The translations under genes and the position numbers were made by a program. Source: Antedon mediterranea (Eukaryota; Animalia; Echinodermata). From it: a DNA stretch of 64,000 nucleotides. The stretch spans positions 13,835,045 through 13,899,044 of the forward strand of contig NC_092680.1 in assembly GCF_964355755.1 (NCBI RefSeq). Direction: 5' to 3'. Under the pieces are notes generated by a model. The model was not told the DNA's origin and ran no database searches. It saw only the letters and a program-made list of their open reading frames with translations. Below, piece after piece: positions 1 to 11,688 of this stretch; the stretch's first letter is position 1, and every line of letters starts with the position of its first letter.

Positions 1-879
1 GTTCATGTTTAAAAGTATTTATTTAATGTGTCTGTAGTTCTAGTTAAATTGCTTTGCTTTGCAAAAAGCAGCATTGAGAAATATTTAGATTTTTTTTTTT
101 TCATTTCATTTCATTTATTTCAATATCATTATCGCAGCGTTAGCTGAATTACAAAGATATTTACATTTGTTCAATATTAAAATTTGTAAAAAAGTATAAA
201 ACCAATGATAAAAAAATATAAAAAAGGAGGAAATTTACACAAGAAATACAATACAGGAACATTCAAAAAGTTAGCTTATATTATAAACAACCACTAAAGT
301 ATTTATTCCTGTAAAAGGTCAGAAATCAAATTTCCCGCAAACTATTGTATAAAATCAGTGACCTATCTAATAGTAAATTGATTGGTTAATACCCAGTCAG
401 TGAGGACCTGATTGACAAGCAGTGCCTGTTTGCTATTGGTCATTGGTAAGATGAAGTTGAAAATGGACAGCAAGTTATTCTAACACTTGCAGTCTTAAAT
501 AAACACGCTGGCATTTTTATTACACCACAGAGTATTATTCCTGTCAACTTATACCACAATTGACATGTTGAGGGGATAGGTCATCCACTGATTCAGTGGA
601 TGCCAAACGTAACGCTAAAGTAGCCTGGTCCGCGTAATGAATACAGAACAGACACTGAGAAAAATATTAGCCGATATCAAGGTTCCCGGGCACGCTAACA
701 TTCAATTTATACATTGTCTACCAACAAATGGGAATAACCCCCAGTAGCCCATGGGCTGAAGGGGGTTACCGTGCATTCCCCACACAGTTAAACTTCTTTG
801 GTATCATTTTATTCCCACGGACATACATATAGAGTGAAAAAATCGATGTTAACAAGAAAAATATAGGGATGCATTGTAT

Positions 880-1985
880 GTACAATCATCAGTGTTTTAT
901 CTTCAAATATTTTTTGGGGTAGGGGGTGACATTTATCCTAATAATCCAAGAATCCAACATCTAATTAGTATTATCTTAGTAACATTGTGTAGCATACATC
1001 TTTTAAAATCTGTTAAAATTTAAATAAAATTAATCGGAAGATTATTAAGGTCAGTAGAGGTCAAAAGGTCGTTGACCTTTTGCAAAATGCAAATTTTTTC
1101 CAAAATATAGATAAATTTCAATATCGTATATACAATTTTCAATATTTTTTATCTTAATTGGGTTTTACTTGTGTTTACTGACATATTGAATAAGAAAATA
1201 TATGTTAACAAGATAAAAATTGCATTTCAATAAATACAAGTTGTTATTTTTTATTGTTAAAAATTGCAATAAAAATACATTTTTTGGGGTAGGGGGTAAC
1301 AATAATAGCAATAACCCAAGAATCAAACATCTAATTAGTATGATCTTGGTGTCGTTGTGTAGCATTCATGTATTTTAATCATATAAAATTTGAATAAAAT
1401 TAATCGAACCATTTTTAAGGTCAGTAGAGGTCAAAAGGTCACTGACCTTTTGCAAAATTTTAAATATTTGCCATAATGAGATACATTTCAATATCAAATC
1501 TCCAATTTTCAATATTTTTTATTTTAATTGTGTTTTACTTGTGTTTACTGACATATTGAATAACAAAATATGTGTTAACATGAAAAAAATTGCACTGCAT
1601 TAATATCATTGTCATGTAATTTTATTATTCTTCAAAATTGCAATAAAAAGACGTTTTTGGGGTAGGGGGTAGCATTAATACCAATAACCCAAGAATCTAA
1701 CATCTAATTAGTACGATCTTGGTATCGATGTGTAGCATATATGTTTTTGTAATCATGTAGAATTTAAATGAAATTAATCGAACGATTACTAAGGTCAGTA
1801 GAGGTCAAAAGGTCACTGACCTTTTGCAAAAATGTAATTTTTTGGCAAAATGAGATATATTTCAAAATCAGATCTCCAATTCTCGATATTTTTTTATTTG
1901 AATTGTCTTTTACTTGTGCTTACCTACATATTGAATAAGAAAATGTCTGTTAAGATAAAAAATTGCAGTACATTGTATAAAAATT
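880..1985. repeat. Tandem repeat, three ~370-bp units
   Basis: AAGGTCAGTAGAGGTCAAAAGGTC recurs at ~1047, ~1417 and ~1791 with similar flanks (TTTTTGGGGTAGGGGGT, CATCTAATTAGTA). Boundaries approximate. Confidence 0.85.
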
Positions 1986-2009
1986 GTGATTTGTGATTTT
2001 ACTTGTAAA

Positions 2010-2620
2010 ATGGAGTATCCCAGTGACAATTTTTCTATTTTGCACTTCAACAAACGTAGTTTCAACCAGAATCAGGAAGGTATAATGCATTTTCTTTCAA
2101 ATCTTAAACATGATTTCACTATTATTGCCCTCTCTGAAACGTGGTTTAATGTTAAACAAAGTAATTTAATACATATTGAGGATTACACGCTGTTTAACAC
2201 CCAACGTCGTGACTAACGATCATTCTGAATCGATATTTGTGGAAATCATTAATCCTGACTCTAAAAATATAATTGTTGGAAATGTGTACCGCGCACATAG
2301 GACAGACACAGACTTATTTATTTCAGATCTGATACATTATTAAAAGTAACAGAAGAGAACAAGAAATGCTATGTATCTGGGGACTTTAATTTTGATTTAC
2401 TTTGTGTTAATATGAATAAAACAATTAATTACTTTTTAAATATGTTCTACATGAACAATATGTTTCCCCTCATTTATAGACCAACACGAATAACGCATAT
2501 TCTTCAAGCCACTCTTCTTGACAATATCTTTACTAATGTAATCACACATCCTATCCGATGGTGTGTTTATATGGGATGTTACAGACCATTACCCTGTTTT
2601 TCAAATCACGAATTCCCTGA
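2010..2620 (+). pseudogene. Degraded LINE (CR1/L2-type) ORF2 apurinic endonuclease fragment
   Basis: APE motifs in order across broken frames: HFNKRS, IALSETW, GNVYR, GDFN, PTR, TLLDNIFTN, TDHYP; stops and frameshifts present. Confidence 0.8.
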
Positions 2621-2742
2621 AAATGATTGTATAGTTATCATACAGTATAGATTTAAATAATAATTACCATGATTTTTATTGTTTATTAATTTCTTCTGTA
2701 ATTTATCATTGTATAGAAAAAATGTAGTGCAGAGTAAAGGAA

Positions 2743-2944
2743 CCATGTCAAAATTATTATACTGCAGTAACTACAGTAACTACACTTTTATCCAATAATT
2801 TGTTTGGTTAATCATACACACATTGTTTAAAAAAAACTTTTAACCTAAACATAAACCAACATTGAAACAAACTGAAAGCATGCATTACTGCAGTAAACAA
2901 AATGTCGTTACTGCAGTAACTGCAGTAGAATAATTCCGACATGA
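2743..2944. mobile_element. Small MITE-like foldback
   Basis: CATGTCAAAATTATTATACTGCAGTAACTACAGTAAC is the imperfect reverse complement of GTTACTGCAGTAACTGCAGTAGAATAATTCCGACATG. No TSD confirmed. Confidence 0.5.
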
Positions 2945-3794
2945 TCCCCCTAAGTGTAATTGTTTAAACTATTTTATTTTGCGCTTTCTAATCCGATCAA
3001 AGATGATGGTATCTAAACATAGTATATATAACTTTTTTTTTATAGTTTTTTTAAAGTCGCCTCCATTTTACTTATTCAGGATGGATGCAGTATTATCATA
3101 CTACATGTATAAACATTTAGTACTACAAACACTACTGATTTCAATATGGTACTATATAAAAGAATAATTACAAAATATGATTTATAATTTTTCTTTCGGT
3201 AATAAAAAAAAAAGTGAAATAGATTGAATCATGGTTTTGGTATTTGCCTCTTATATATACAAATATATTTTATAAAAAAACAGTATAAGACGTATAAATG
3301 CATACACATTATGTTGACCATATTTTAGAAAATAATATAGCGATTATTAAATAATATGAAATTATGCTTTAAAAATGTATTATCCCCCAAAAACATGAAC
3401 AATGAAAATTACTAAAATCAAACTTTCCGTAGAAAGAAAAACTCCAAAACAATGTTTTCATTTATAAAAAGACAAAATAAACGGTTAAATTCAACCAAAA
3501 CCTGGCAACCAATTTGACTATTTTTGCTTTAAGTGTTTTCAAGTAAATTTTTTTTTCCGAGTATTAAAACATTTTTTTTTTCAGGGAGACAATATATCTT
3601 TAAATAATACGGTACTTTAACTTCAATCTTTAGATTCGATTGTGAACGGTATATGTAATATGATGCATTTATTTGTAAATGTGTTCTTTCATATTAATTT
3701 GTCTGGTTTTATTATATATTAACCAACCATATTATTATATTATGATTTTTATTCACTATTTGTGTACAATGACTGTAGCCAAATGATGTATATA

Positions 3795-4224
3795 AGTAGA
3801 GGTAGAGGGAATACAGTCCAAAATGGAAGGTCATACCCCCAGGGCAGGAGTATTCCAGACCCGAAAGGAATGTCATATCCCCAGGGCATATTTCATATTT
3901 TCTATTGTTTAATTTCCTGCTATTGTATTAATAATTAGTGAAAGGTTATTCTTTGTACCAGACCGGAAAGGAATGTCATATCCCCAGGGTATATATTATA
4001 TTTTCTATTGTTTAATTTCCTGTTATTGTAATATTAATTAGCGAAAGGTCATTCTTTGTTAGGGAAGGGGGTTTGTTATTTTGGCGGGGTTTTCGTTTTG
4101 GCCTGGGTTATAATTGTAGTTGGTGATGAATTTGTATTTTAAATATATTAGTGAAGGTAGTTCTTTGTTTGAGGATTGCTATTGTTATTTTTAGGCGGTT
4201 TGACCATTGCATAGGTCACCTTTG
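3795..4224 (+). repeat. Maverick left TIR (~430 bp, two ~102-bp internal units)
   Basis: Begins AGTAGAGGTAGAGGGAATACAGTCC; the first ~70 bp are the exact reverse complement of the right end; the match continues to TGACCATTGCATAGGTCACCTTTG (4201-4224). Confidence 0.93.
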
Positions 4225-4464
4225 AGTTTCCTAATTATTAAAGAGTGTTTGACCAATCATAATAGTGTAAAGCTCATTGGAAGGTTAAAAAATAATGTAA
4301 TTTGATTTTAATTAGTGAAGGTAATTCTTTGTTTGAGGAGTACTATTGTTATTATTTTGTCGACTTATCCACTACAATGGTCACCTTTGTGTAGTATTAA
4401 TTAATTAATCCGTTTCCTCCCTCAGTGTTTTCGGGTGAAGACTAAATCTACTGGTCACTATTGT

Positions 4465-4503
4465 GGGCGGGGTTTCCTAATTACTAAAGAATGTCTGACC
4501 AAT
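4465..4503 (+). promoter_or_regulatory. Putative pPolB promoter (GC box + CCAAT box)
   Basis: GGGCGGGG at 4465-4472 and CCAAT at 4499-4503, about 110-150 bp upstream of ATG 4614. Confidence 0.45.
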
Positions 4504-4613
4504 CGTAATCGTCGCGGGAAGGTTTTAATAACCGTGTGTTACTTGTTTAGTTCATCATTCATTTACTAATTCTTCAAAGTTTCGGTACCGATTTTTTTCT
4601 TCAAAGTTTTGCA

Positions 4614-7600
4614 ATGTCTCAATTCGCTTCTTCCTCAACTGATTCTAACGATAGTTTATTTATCGAGTGTCAAAGAGCTGTTGACGCTATAGTTAATCTA
4701 TCGCGCGCTAATTTATCTGACGATAATATCCCAGATGTGGGTTTACTAGAGGATTTTGTGTTTGGAGACCAGGACTTTGATTTACCGGTCAGTCAAAGTA
4801 TTTCTGAAACCGGTAGTCTTTCTCTTACGGATATATGTGATAACGCCATAGAGATTGTTCAAGATCTGTCTGAAAGTTTAATAATTGATCACGTAGAAGT
4901 AAGTGTTTTTTTGTTTAATATATTTTTAACGTAATCATTTTTTTTTAATTACCGTATATAACTCGTAGAGTAGCTTGTGTAAACGAACGTGTTTCTGTGT
5001 TTACAGTACCAACGCGTTTCCTTTCTAATTTTTTTTTAAATTTTTTTCTTTAGTATGGTATTGGTGCACACACCAAATGTTTGAAAATGAGGGAAAGTGT
5101 CGAGGATAGTGATTCTCAGGAGTCTTCGGTTATTGATGAGGTAACTATCATTTTATTTTCTTTACTATTGTTGTTGTATTAAAGCGCTTTATTTCTATTT
5201 CTTTACCGTTATACTTTTTTATTTCAGCCTGTACCGGTACAATACGGGAAAGGAGCCAACAGGAAAAGATCAAGGATAGCCGAAGAAGAAGAAGTTGACG
5301 ATAATGACAGCGATGAATTGAACCTTGACGAGGTAGATTTAAGTCATTTTTGTACAATAAATAAATTAGTCGATAGGTTTAATCAACGTTTTAACGCTAC
5401 TATTAGCGATTTTGTAGTTAATTTTTTTAATGTAGACCATTTAAGTTTAGAGGTGTTCCTGCCCACTCTTTATAGAATTTTCGAGCATGTCGTCGATAAT
5501 CTTTGCATTAACGTGCATGTCGACGATATGCTTCGGATAGTTATTCAGGCTGAGGGGTTGGATACACCTATCTCTATTCCTTTTGGACGGAGGGCCCATC
5601 TGACAGCTGATGTTATTTTTGCAGCCATCATGAAGGTCCTTCAGTCCAAAACTGATATATTTATTAATAAAAAATTTAAGTTTAACGTTCTCCATATGAG
5701 AATGCCTAGGGGTGGGGGCCATAGAAGAAACGGTATCGACAAACTGTTTAATTCTAGAAGTGTAATTAAGATTAAGAATGATGGTAACGAAACTATCTGC
5801 TGCGCACGCGCTATTGTTACGGGTATTTCCATGATCGAAGACAAAATTAACAACGTGACTAGGTGGAATAATGTTAGGAGAGGTCGAGGCCAACAAAAAA
5901 CAGCCGCCCTTCATTTACTTAGAGATTCGGGGGTTAGGGAGCAAGCTTGCGGCATCGAGGAATTAAAAAAGATGCAATCCAAATTACCAAATTATCAAAT
6001 TATTGTCCTTTCCAAAGACAATTTAAATTCTGTAATTTTTAGCGGCGATTATTGTAAGAAGCAGATTTATCTTTACCATCATGATAATCATTACGACTTC
6101 ATATCAACAATAACAGGTTTTTTAAAAGTAGATTATTACTGTGACAAATGTTTCAAGGGCTATAAGCACAAACATTCTCACAATTGCCAATATACGTGTG
6201 TGCTTTGTAAGCACAACGATTGTGACCCTTCCATTAACACACGTGTAAATAGTACTGTAGAGTGTAAAGAGTGCAATAGATTTTTTAAACACCAGCAATG
6301 TTTCACCAATCATAAAAAATCTCCTGATTCTAAAAAAGTTTCAGTATGTGACAAAATTAAAAATTGTACAACTTGTGATAGGATTATTCAAAAAGATCAC
6401 AATTGTCAAAACCGTTTTTGTAGAATTTGTCGGACTTTCGTTTCATACGATCATCAATGCTACATGGAACCGGTTGTAGCCCCTAAACATACTGAAAAAA
6501 AGTTTAAGAATCAGGAGGACCAAAAAAGGGCTGTCACTAAATATTTCTTTTTTGATTTTGAATGCACGCAAGAAACTGGCGAACACAAACCAAATTTATG
6601 CGTTCTTCAAAAAACTTGTCTTAATTGTATCGATGGTGCTAATGACTCTGACGAGTGCGACGTGTGTGGGGAGAAATCAATGACTTTTCACGGGGAGACT
6701 GCATGCGTAGATTTTTGCAATTACGTTTTTAACGAATACAAATATAATCATAACATTACGTGTATCGCTCACAACCTCCAGGGCTACGATAGTTACTTCG
6801 TGCTCGAGTACCTATACAAAAACTGTATTGTCCCAGATATTATTGCTCGCGGTGGTAAACCTATTTCAATTAAGGTTAAAGAAACGAGTATCCGATTCAT
6901 TGATTCCCTTTCATTTCTACCCATGTCTCTATCCAAATTACCCAAAACTTTTGGCATCGCCGAGCTAAAAAAAGGTTACTTTCCTCATTATTTCAATACT
7001 TTAGAAAATAAAAATTACGTAGGTCCTTATCCCGATTCTTCCACCTATTCCCCCGATAAAATGACTACTTCAGGCCGAGAATCATTCTTTAAATGGTATA
7101 ATCAGAAAATTGAAACTAATCAAATTTTCAATCTCCAAAAAGAACTCGTCGAGTATTGCATCAGCGATGTGGATATTCTCAGAAAGTGTTGTCTTACTTT
7201 TAGGCATCTTTTTTTGAAAGTAACTACATCGCCGAAAAACCCTCTACTCGGAGGCGTTGACCCCTTTTCAAATAATTTAATGACAATTGCCTCGGCGTGT
7301 AATCACGTCTTTTCTAGAAATTTTTTAAAACCATCCTCCATCGCTTTATTTCCACCATCAGGGTATATGACAACCGTTAACCATTCTCACTCTAGCATGG
7401 AATGGCTGTGCTACGAGTCGCATAAAAGGGGGGTCTTTATCCATCATGCGAGAAATGGAGGGGAAAAAATGTTTGGGCCTTACTTTGTCGACGGCGCATG
7501 TTTAGAAAACAAAATTATTTTTGAATTTATGGGCTGTTTGTTCCACGGGTGCCAAGAATGTTATAGATCCGATTCCATTAACCCCTTCACTAACGAAGCC

Positions 7601-9139
7601 ATGTTGGAATGCTTTGTCAAAACAAGCAAGAAAACACGGTTTCTGAAGGAGCAATTTCCAGATTTTGAGTACGTCGAAATTTGGGAACACGAATGGAAAC
7701 GGATCAAACAATCGCTGGCCCCTAACATTAAATCTATCGTCTCCAAAGTTCCTTTCATTAGGCAAACTTTGAATCCAAGAGACGCTTTTTTCGGTGGGAG
7801 GACTAATGCCAGTTGTTTGTTCTATAAGGTAAAACCGGGTGAAGAAATTAATTACATCGATTATACTTCATTGTACCCTTATGTAAATAAATACGGTACC
7901 TACCCCGTAGGACATCCTGAAATCGATGATCGCAAAGACATGTCCACAGATATCAACGAGTATTTCGGTTTGATAAAGTGTACTATCGAAGCGCCTAAAA
8001 ATTTATTCCATCCAGTCTTACCTTATAGATCAAACGGTAAATTAATGTTTGCTCTCTGTAGAACATGCGTCGATTCTCAACAACAAACCGCTTGCAATCA
8101 TTCTGGTACAGATAGAGAATTTACAGGTTCTTGGGCAACGATCGAGGTCGCTAAAGCCGTGGAGGTTGGGTACGAGATACGTAAAGTTCACGTAGTATGG
8201 CACTTTAAAAATAAAAGCGCGTACTCTGCAGATTCTCCCTCGTCCGGTCTATTTGCCTCTTACATTAACACATTTTTAAAATTGAAACAAGAAGCTTCGG
8301 GTTGGCCTGAATGGTGTAAAACGCCCGAAGATAAACAAAAATATATTTCGGACTATCGAACCGTAGAAGGTATCGACTTGAATCATGACGACATTGCGTA
8401 CAATCCTGGGCTTCGATCTCTGGCCAAATTAATGCTAAATAGTTTTTGGGGTAAATTTGGTCAGCGTGAAAATCTCACGAGAATTAAATATACGCAAGAT
8501 CCTAACGAGGTTTACGATATTTTATCGAACCCACGGGTAGTCGTTCATGATCTAAATTTTGTTAATGATGATTTGGCTGAAATAAAATACGAAGACGAGG
8601 AACAATTTGTTGAAGTTAACCGAAAGGTTAACGTTGTCATTGCCGCATTTACCACTGCGCTAGCGCGTTTAAAATTATACGAACTGTTGGAGAAATTACA
8701 GGAACGTGTCCTGTATTACGATACCGACAGCGTAATCTTCGTGTCAAAACCCGGGGTTTGGGACCCTCCCCTGGGCGACTACTTGGGTCAGTTAACGACC
8801 GAGGTCGACCCTAAAGACGGTAAGTACATCGAGTCCTTTGTTTCTGGGGGGCCTAAGAACTACGCCTATAAATTGGATACAGGGAAGACCGTTTGTAAAG
8901 TTAAAGGTTTTACCCTTAATTTTACAAACGCTCAGAAAATTAACTTTGACACCGTCTCCAATATGGTAAGAGGTATTGGTCCTAATACAATTAAGACAGT
9001 TGAGAAGAATCGTATAACGCGCAAGCCAAAAACACGTAAGATAGTCAACGAAACATCGACTAAAGACTATCGAATCGTGTACGATAAAAGAATTATTATC
9101 GAAAATTATCGTACAGTTCCTTACGGTTATGTTTGGTAA
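4614..9139 (+). CDS. Protein-primed family B DNA polymerase (pPolB), predicted join(4614..4898,5054..5140,5228..9139), 1427 aa; includes OTU-like, Cys-rich and Vsr-like nuclease modules
   Basis: ExoI FFDFEC, ExoII AHNLQGYD, ExoIII YCISDV, Pol A YIDYTSLYP, Pol B KLMLNSFWGKFGQ, Pol C YYDTDS. The ORF-track start at 5318 is TTG; two phase-0 GT-AG introns join it in frame to ATG 4614. Confidence 0.95.
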
Positions 9140-9259
9140 ATCACTGCAATAAATTTCATCTCTTTTTCTTTTAAAATATAACTTACTTTTTTTTTTATAT
9201 ATATAAATAATTAATTGTTACTTTTTATGTAATTTCATGCACTCAATTTCCTTTATAAA

Positions 9260-9645
9260 TTCGTTTCCTTTTTTGTAGCTTAAGCAAAATATATTTGTAG
9301 TTTTAATGTAAATATTTTTATACATGTTTTTAATCAAATTTTCTTTTAATTTTGTTTATAAAGTCGGTACCGTTTCTCTGTTAGTAGATTAAGTAAATAT
9401 ATTTTGTATTTTTAATTTAAATATTTTTTTACATTTGAATTCTTATGTCGTTACCGTTTCCTTTTTTGTAGTTTAAGCAAATTATATTTCAAGTTTTAAT
9501 GTAAATATTTTTTATACATTTTCAATTTTGTTTATAAAGTTTATAAAGTCGATACCGTTTCTATTTTTTTAAAGCAAATATATTTTGTAATTTTAATTTA
9601 AATATTTTTTCCTTTTGAATTCTTATATCGTTACCGTTTCAAATT
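9260..9645. repeat. AT-rich ~190-bp duplication (~95-bp subunits) between pPolB and the Bcl-2-like gene
   Basis: TTTTAATGTAAATATTTTTATACAT and TTTGAATTCTTAT.TCGTTACCGTTTC each occur twice about 185-190 bp apart. Confidence 0.6.
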
Positions 9646-9963
9646 TATTTTTGTAAATAATTATTTTCTTTATCATAATTTTGTTTTACGAGAAATAAAT
9701 GTATACACCGTACTTGTTTATAATATTATATACTTGTCTGTTTCTTAACGTAGACGACGACGATGACGACGACAACAACAACAACAAAAGACATGCGTAG
9801 TGTTGACTGTATTTTTATTTTATCCTATCCAATATAAATATTGTAATCTCTCCTCTTCCTTGTTTAAATATTTTATTTATCCAATGTCACCAAACAGTTT
9901 GTTCCAGCAAGGCTATACAAATACCTACTAGTCAGTCGATCAAGTACCATGCTCTGTTAATTC

Positions 9964-10443
9964 CTAGCTTCTTACTACACAGAACAAGTTCCTATAAAAA
10001 ATAATAATAATAATAATAAATAAAAGATAATATAAAAAACACTTAATTACTAAAATGAGAATAACAAGAAAAAGAAATTTACTTACCAAATCACTGTCGT
10101 TACAAAGTTCCAATAAAGAAAACTTTTCCTTCACAAATTCGCAGGATACGCGTTTAACGATTTCTAATTCTAAATCAGTATCACACTGCATCGCAACACG
10201 TGCGCACACTGAAATTCCTGTCACGAGTCTACCGACGTGTATATTTTGGTCTATCATCATTTCTTTCAACACACTATCCAACGTCTCCGTAATAATGTCT
10301 TTACACAAGGCAATCAAACCATACTTTTTCTCCACCTCGTTACAAAGGCGAATAGTACTATAAAGGATTGGGGAGTCCCACACAACTACCCCCGTTAATT
10401 TATATTCAATGTACGATAGAGTCAGTTTTTCCAAATCTGCCAT
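9964..10443 (-). CDS. Bcl-2-like protein carried by the Maverick (159 aa unspliced; possible 138-aa spliced form join(10443..10087,9991..9932))
   Basis: BH4-like LEKLTLSYIEYKL, BH3-like TIRLCNEVEKKY and BH1-like VLKEMMIDQNIHVGRLVTGISV in the correct order and spacing; hydrophobic C-terminus in the unspliced frame. Confidence 0.72.
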   Translation of the reverse strand: MADLEKLTLSYIEYKLTGVVVWDSPILYSTIRLCNEVEKKYGLIALCKDIITETLDSVLKEMMIDQNIHVGRLVTGISVCARVAMQCDTDLELEIVKRVSCEFVKEKFSLLELCNDSDLVSKFLFLVILILVIKCFLYYLLFIIIIIIFYRNLFCVVRS

Positions 10444-10631
10444 TTCTCTCTCTACTAGTATACAGACGCTAATGACGTTGGAATTGATTTTTTAGGTTTT
10501 GATATACAATCATTTGTTAACGTAATTATCATTATTAAGCTCCTATTGGTTTATAATATCGGCCCTCTCTCTCTCTTTCATTAGTTGACAGTTTTTAAAA
10601 TAGAGTGATGTGGATAAGGAACCCCCCTCGT

Positions 10632-10666
10632 TATAAAATACCGATATACAAAAGCTATGACTCATT
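10632..10666 (+). promoter_or_regulatory. TATA box + initiator of the ATPase gene
   Basis: TATAAAA at 10632-10638 and TCATT (Inr-like) at 10662-10666, about 30 bp apart and just upstream of ATG 10677. Confidence 0.55.
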
Positions 10667-10676
10667 GAAACTGAAG

Positions 10677-11312
10677 ATGACGTGTGTACTGGTAACCCCC
10701 TTCACCGCCGTAATTAGCGGACCGACCTCATCGGGAAAATCATATTTCGTGAAGCAGTTATTGGAAAGTAATTATTTCGACAAGCCGTTCGATGACATCA
10801 CGTGGTGTTATGGGGAATATCAGCCCCTTTTCACCAAACTGAGCGGGTCTATTAACAACATTCAATTTATAGAGGGGATACCTATGGATTCGATAGAAAC
10901 GATGGAACCGTCAAAAAACCATTTAGTAATCATCGATGATTTAATGACCGAGTGTAGCCGCGATAAAAGAGTAGTAAACATGTTTACAAAGGGATCGCAT
11001 CATAGAAACATTTCGGTTATATTCATTATGCAAAACTTTTTTTACGGTTCTAAAGAAATCCGCACCATTACTTTAAACGCTCACTACATAATACTATTTA
11101 AAAACCCTCGGGATAAATCACAAATAGCTAATCTATCTAAACAAATGTACCCCGGTAAAGGACGTTTTTTACAGGAGGCTTTTGAAGACGCTACCCGCGT
11201 ACCGTACGGTTTTCTTTTAATCGATCTAAAAGCAAATACCCCTGAGGAAATGAGGGTTAGAAGTAACTTATTTTCAAAAACCAATCACTTTGTTTACGTG
11301 CCTAGAATATAA
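10677..11312 (+). CDS. A32/FtsK-like genome packaging ATPase
   Basis: Walker A GPTSSGKS, Walker B LVIIDD, and KGSHHRNISVIFIMQN typical of Polinton ATPases; start set at the first ATG after the TATA/Inr. Confidence 0.93.
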   Translation: MTCVLVTPFTAVISGPTSSGKSYFVKQLLESNYFDKPFDDITWCYGEYQPLFTKLSGSINNIQFIEGIPMDSIETMEPSKNHLVIIDDLMTECSRDKRVVNMFTKGSHHRNISVIFIMQNFFYGSKEIRTITLNAHYIILFKNPRDKSQIANLSKQMYPGKGRFLQEAFEDATRVPYGFLLIDLKANTPEEMRVRSNLFSKTNHFVYVPRI

Positions 11313-11361
11313 AACGCAGCCTGTACCGTTCTATTTATTCATTTACCTATTTACCAACATC

Positions 11362-11688
11362 ATGTCGAAACGTATCAAAAAGAATGCTGAAACTATTCGT
11401 TTCCTAGCCCACTGTTCACCGCGTCAAAGAAAAATTATCTTGGAAAACGCGGACGATCAACTGGTGACGGCTTTGTGCGAATGCGCAATGAATGTTTTAA
11501 AAGGTCGAGTGCAAGTATCCAACGCTCACAAGAAGAAGTTGGTTCGGTACAAGAAACACATGCGTGATATTACCAATAAAAGCATTTCGCCTCTCAAGAG
11601 AAAACGTTTACTTATTCAAAAGGGCGGCTTCCTCGGTCTTATATTACAACCGATTCTACAAACATTGGGTAGTTTACTATTGAAATAA
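11362..11688 (+). CDS. Conserved small basic Maverick virion protein with a C-terminal amphipathic peptide after QKGG
   Basis: MSKRIKKN...LCECAMNVLKG...QKGG-FLGLILQPILQTLGSLLLK; typical position after the ATPase; its stop overlaps the next start (TAATG). Confidence 0.8.
   Translation: MSKRIKKNAETIRFLAHCSPRQRKIILENADDQLVTALCECAMNVLKGRVQVSNAHKKKLVRYKKHMRDITNKSISPLKRKRLLIQKGGFLGLILQPILQTLGSLLLK

Noticed and set aside
4990-5040. Alternative pPolB acceptor TTTACAG at 5006
   Set aside because: It leads to an in-frame TAA within 11 codons.
5318-5320. ORF-track start of pPolB
   Set aside because: The codon is TTG; an in-frame splice acceptor at 5227 and upstream exons explain the start better.
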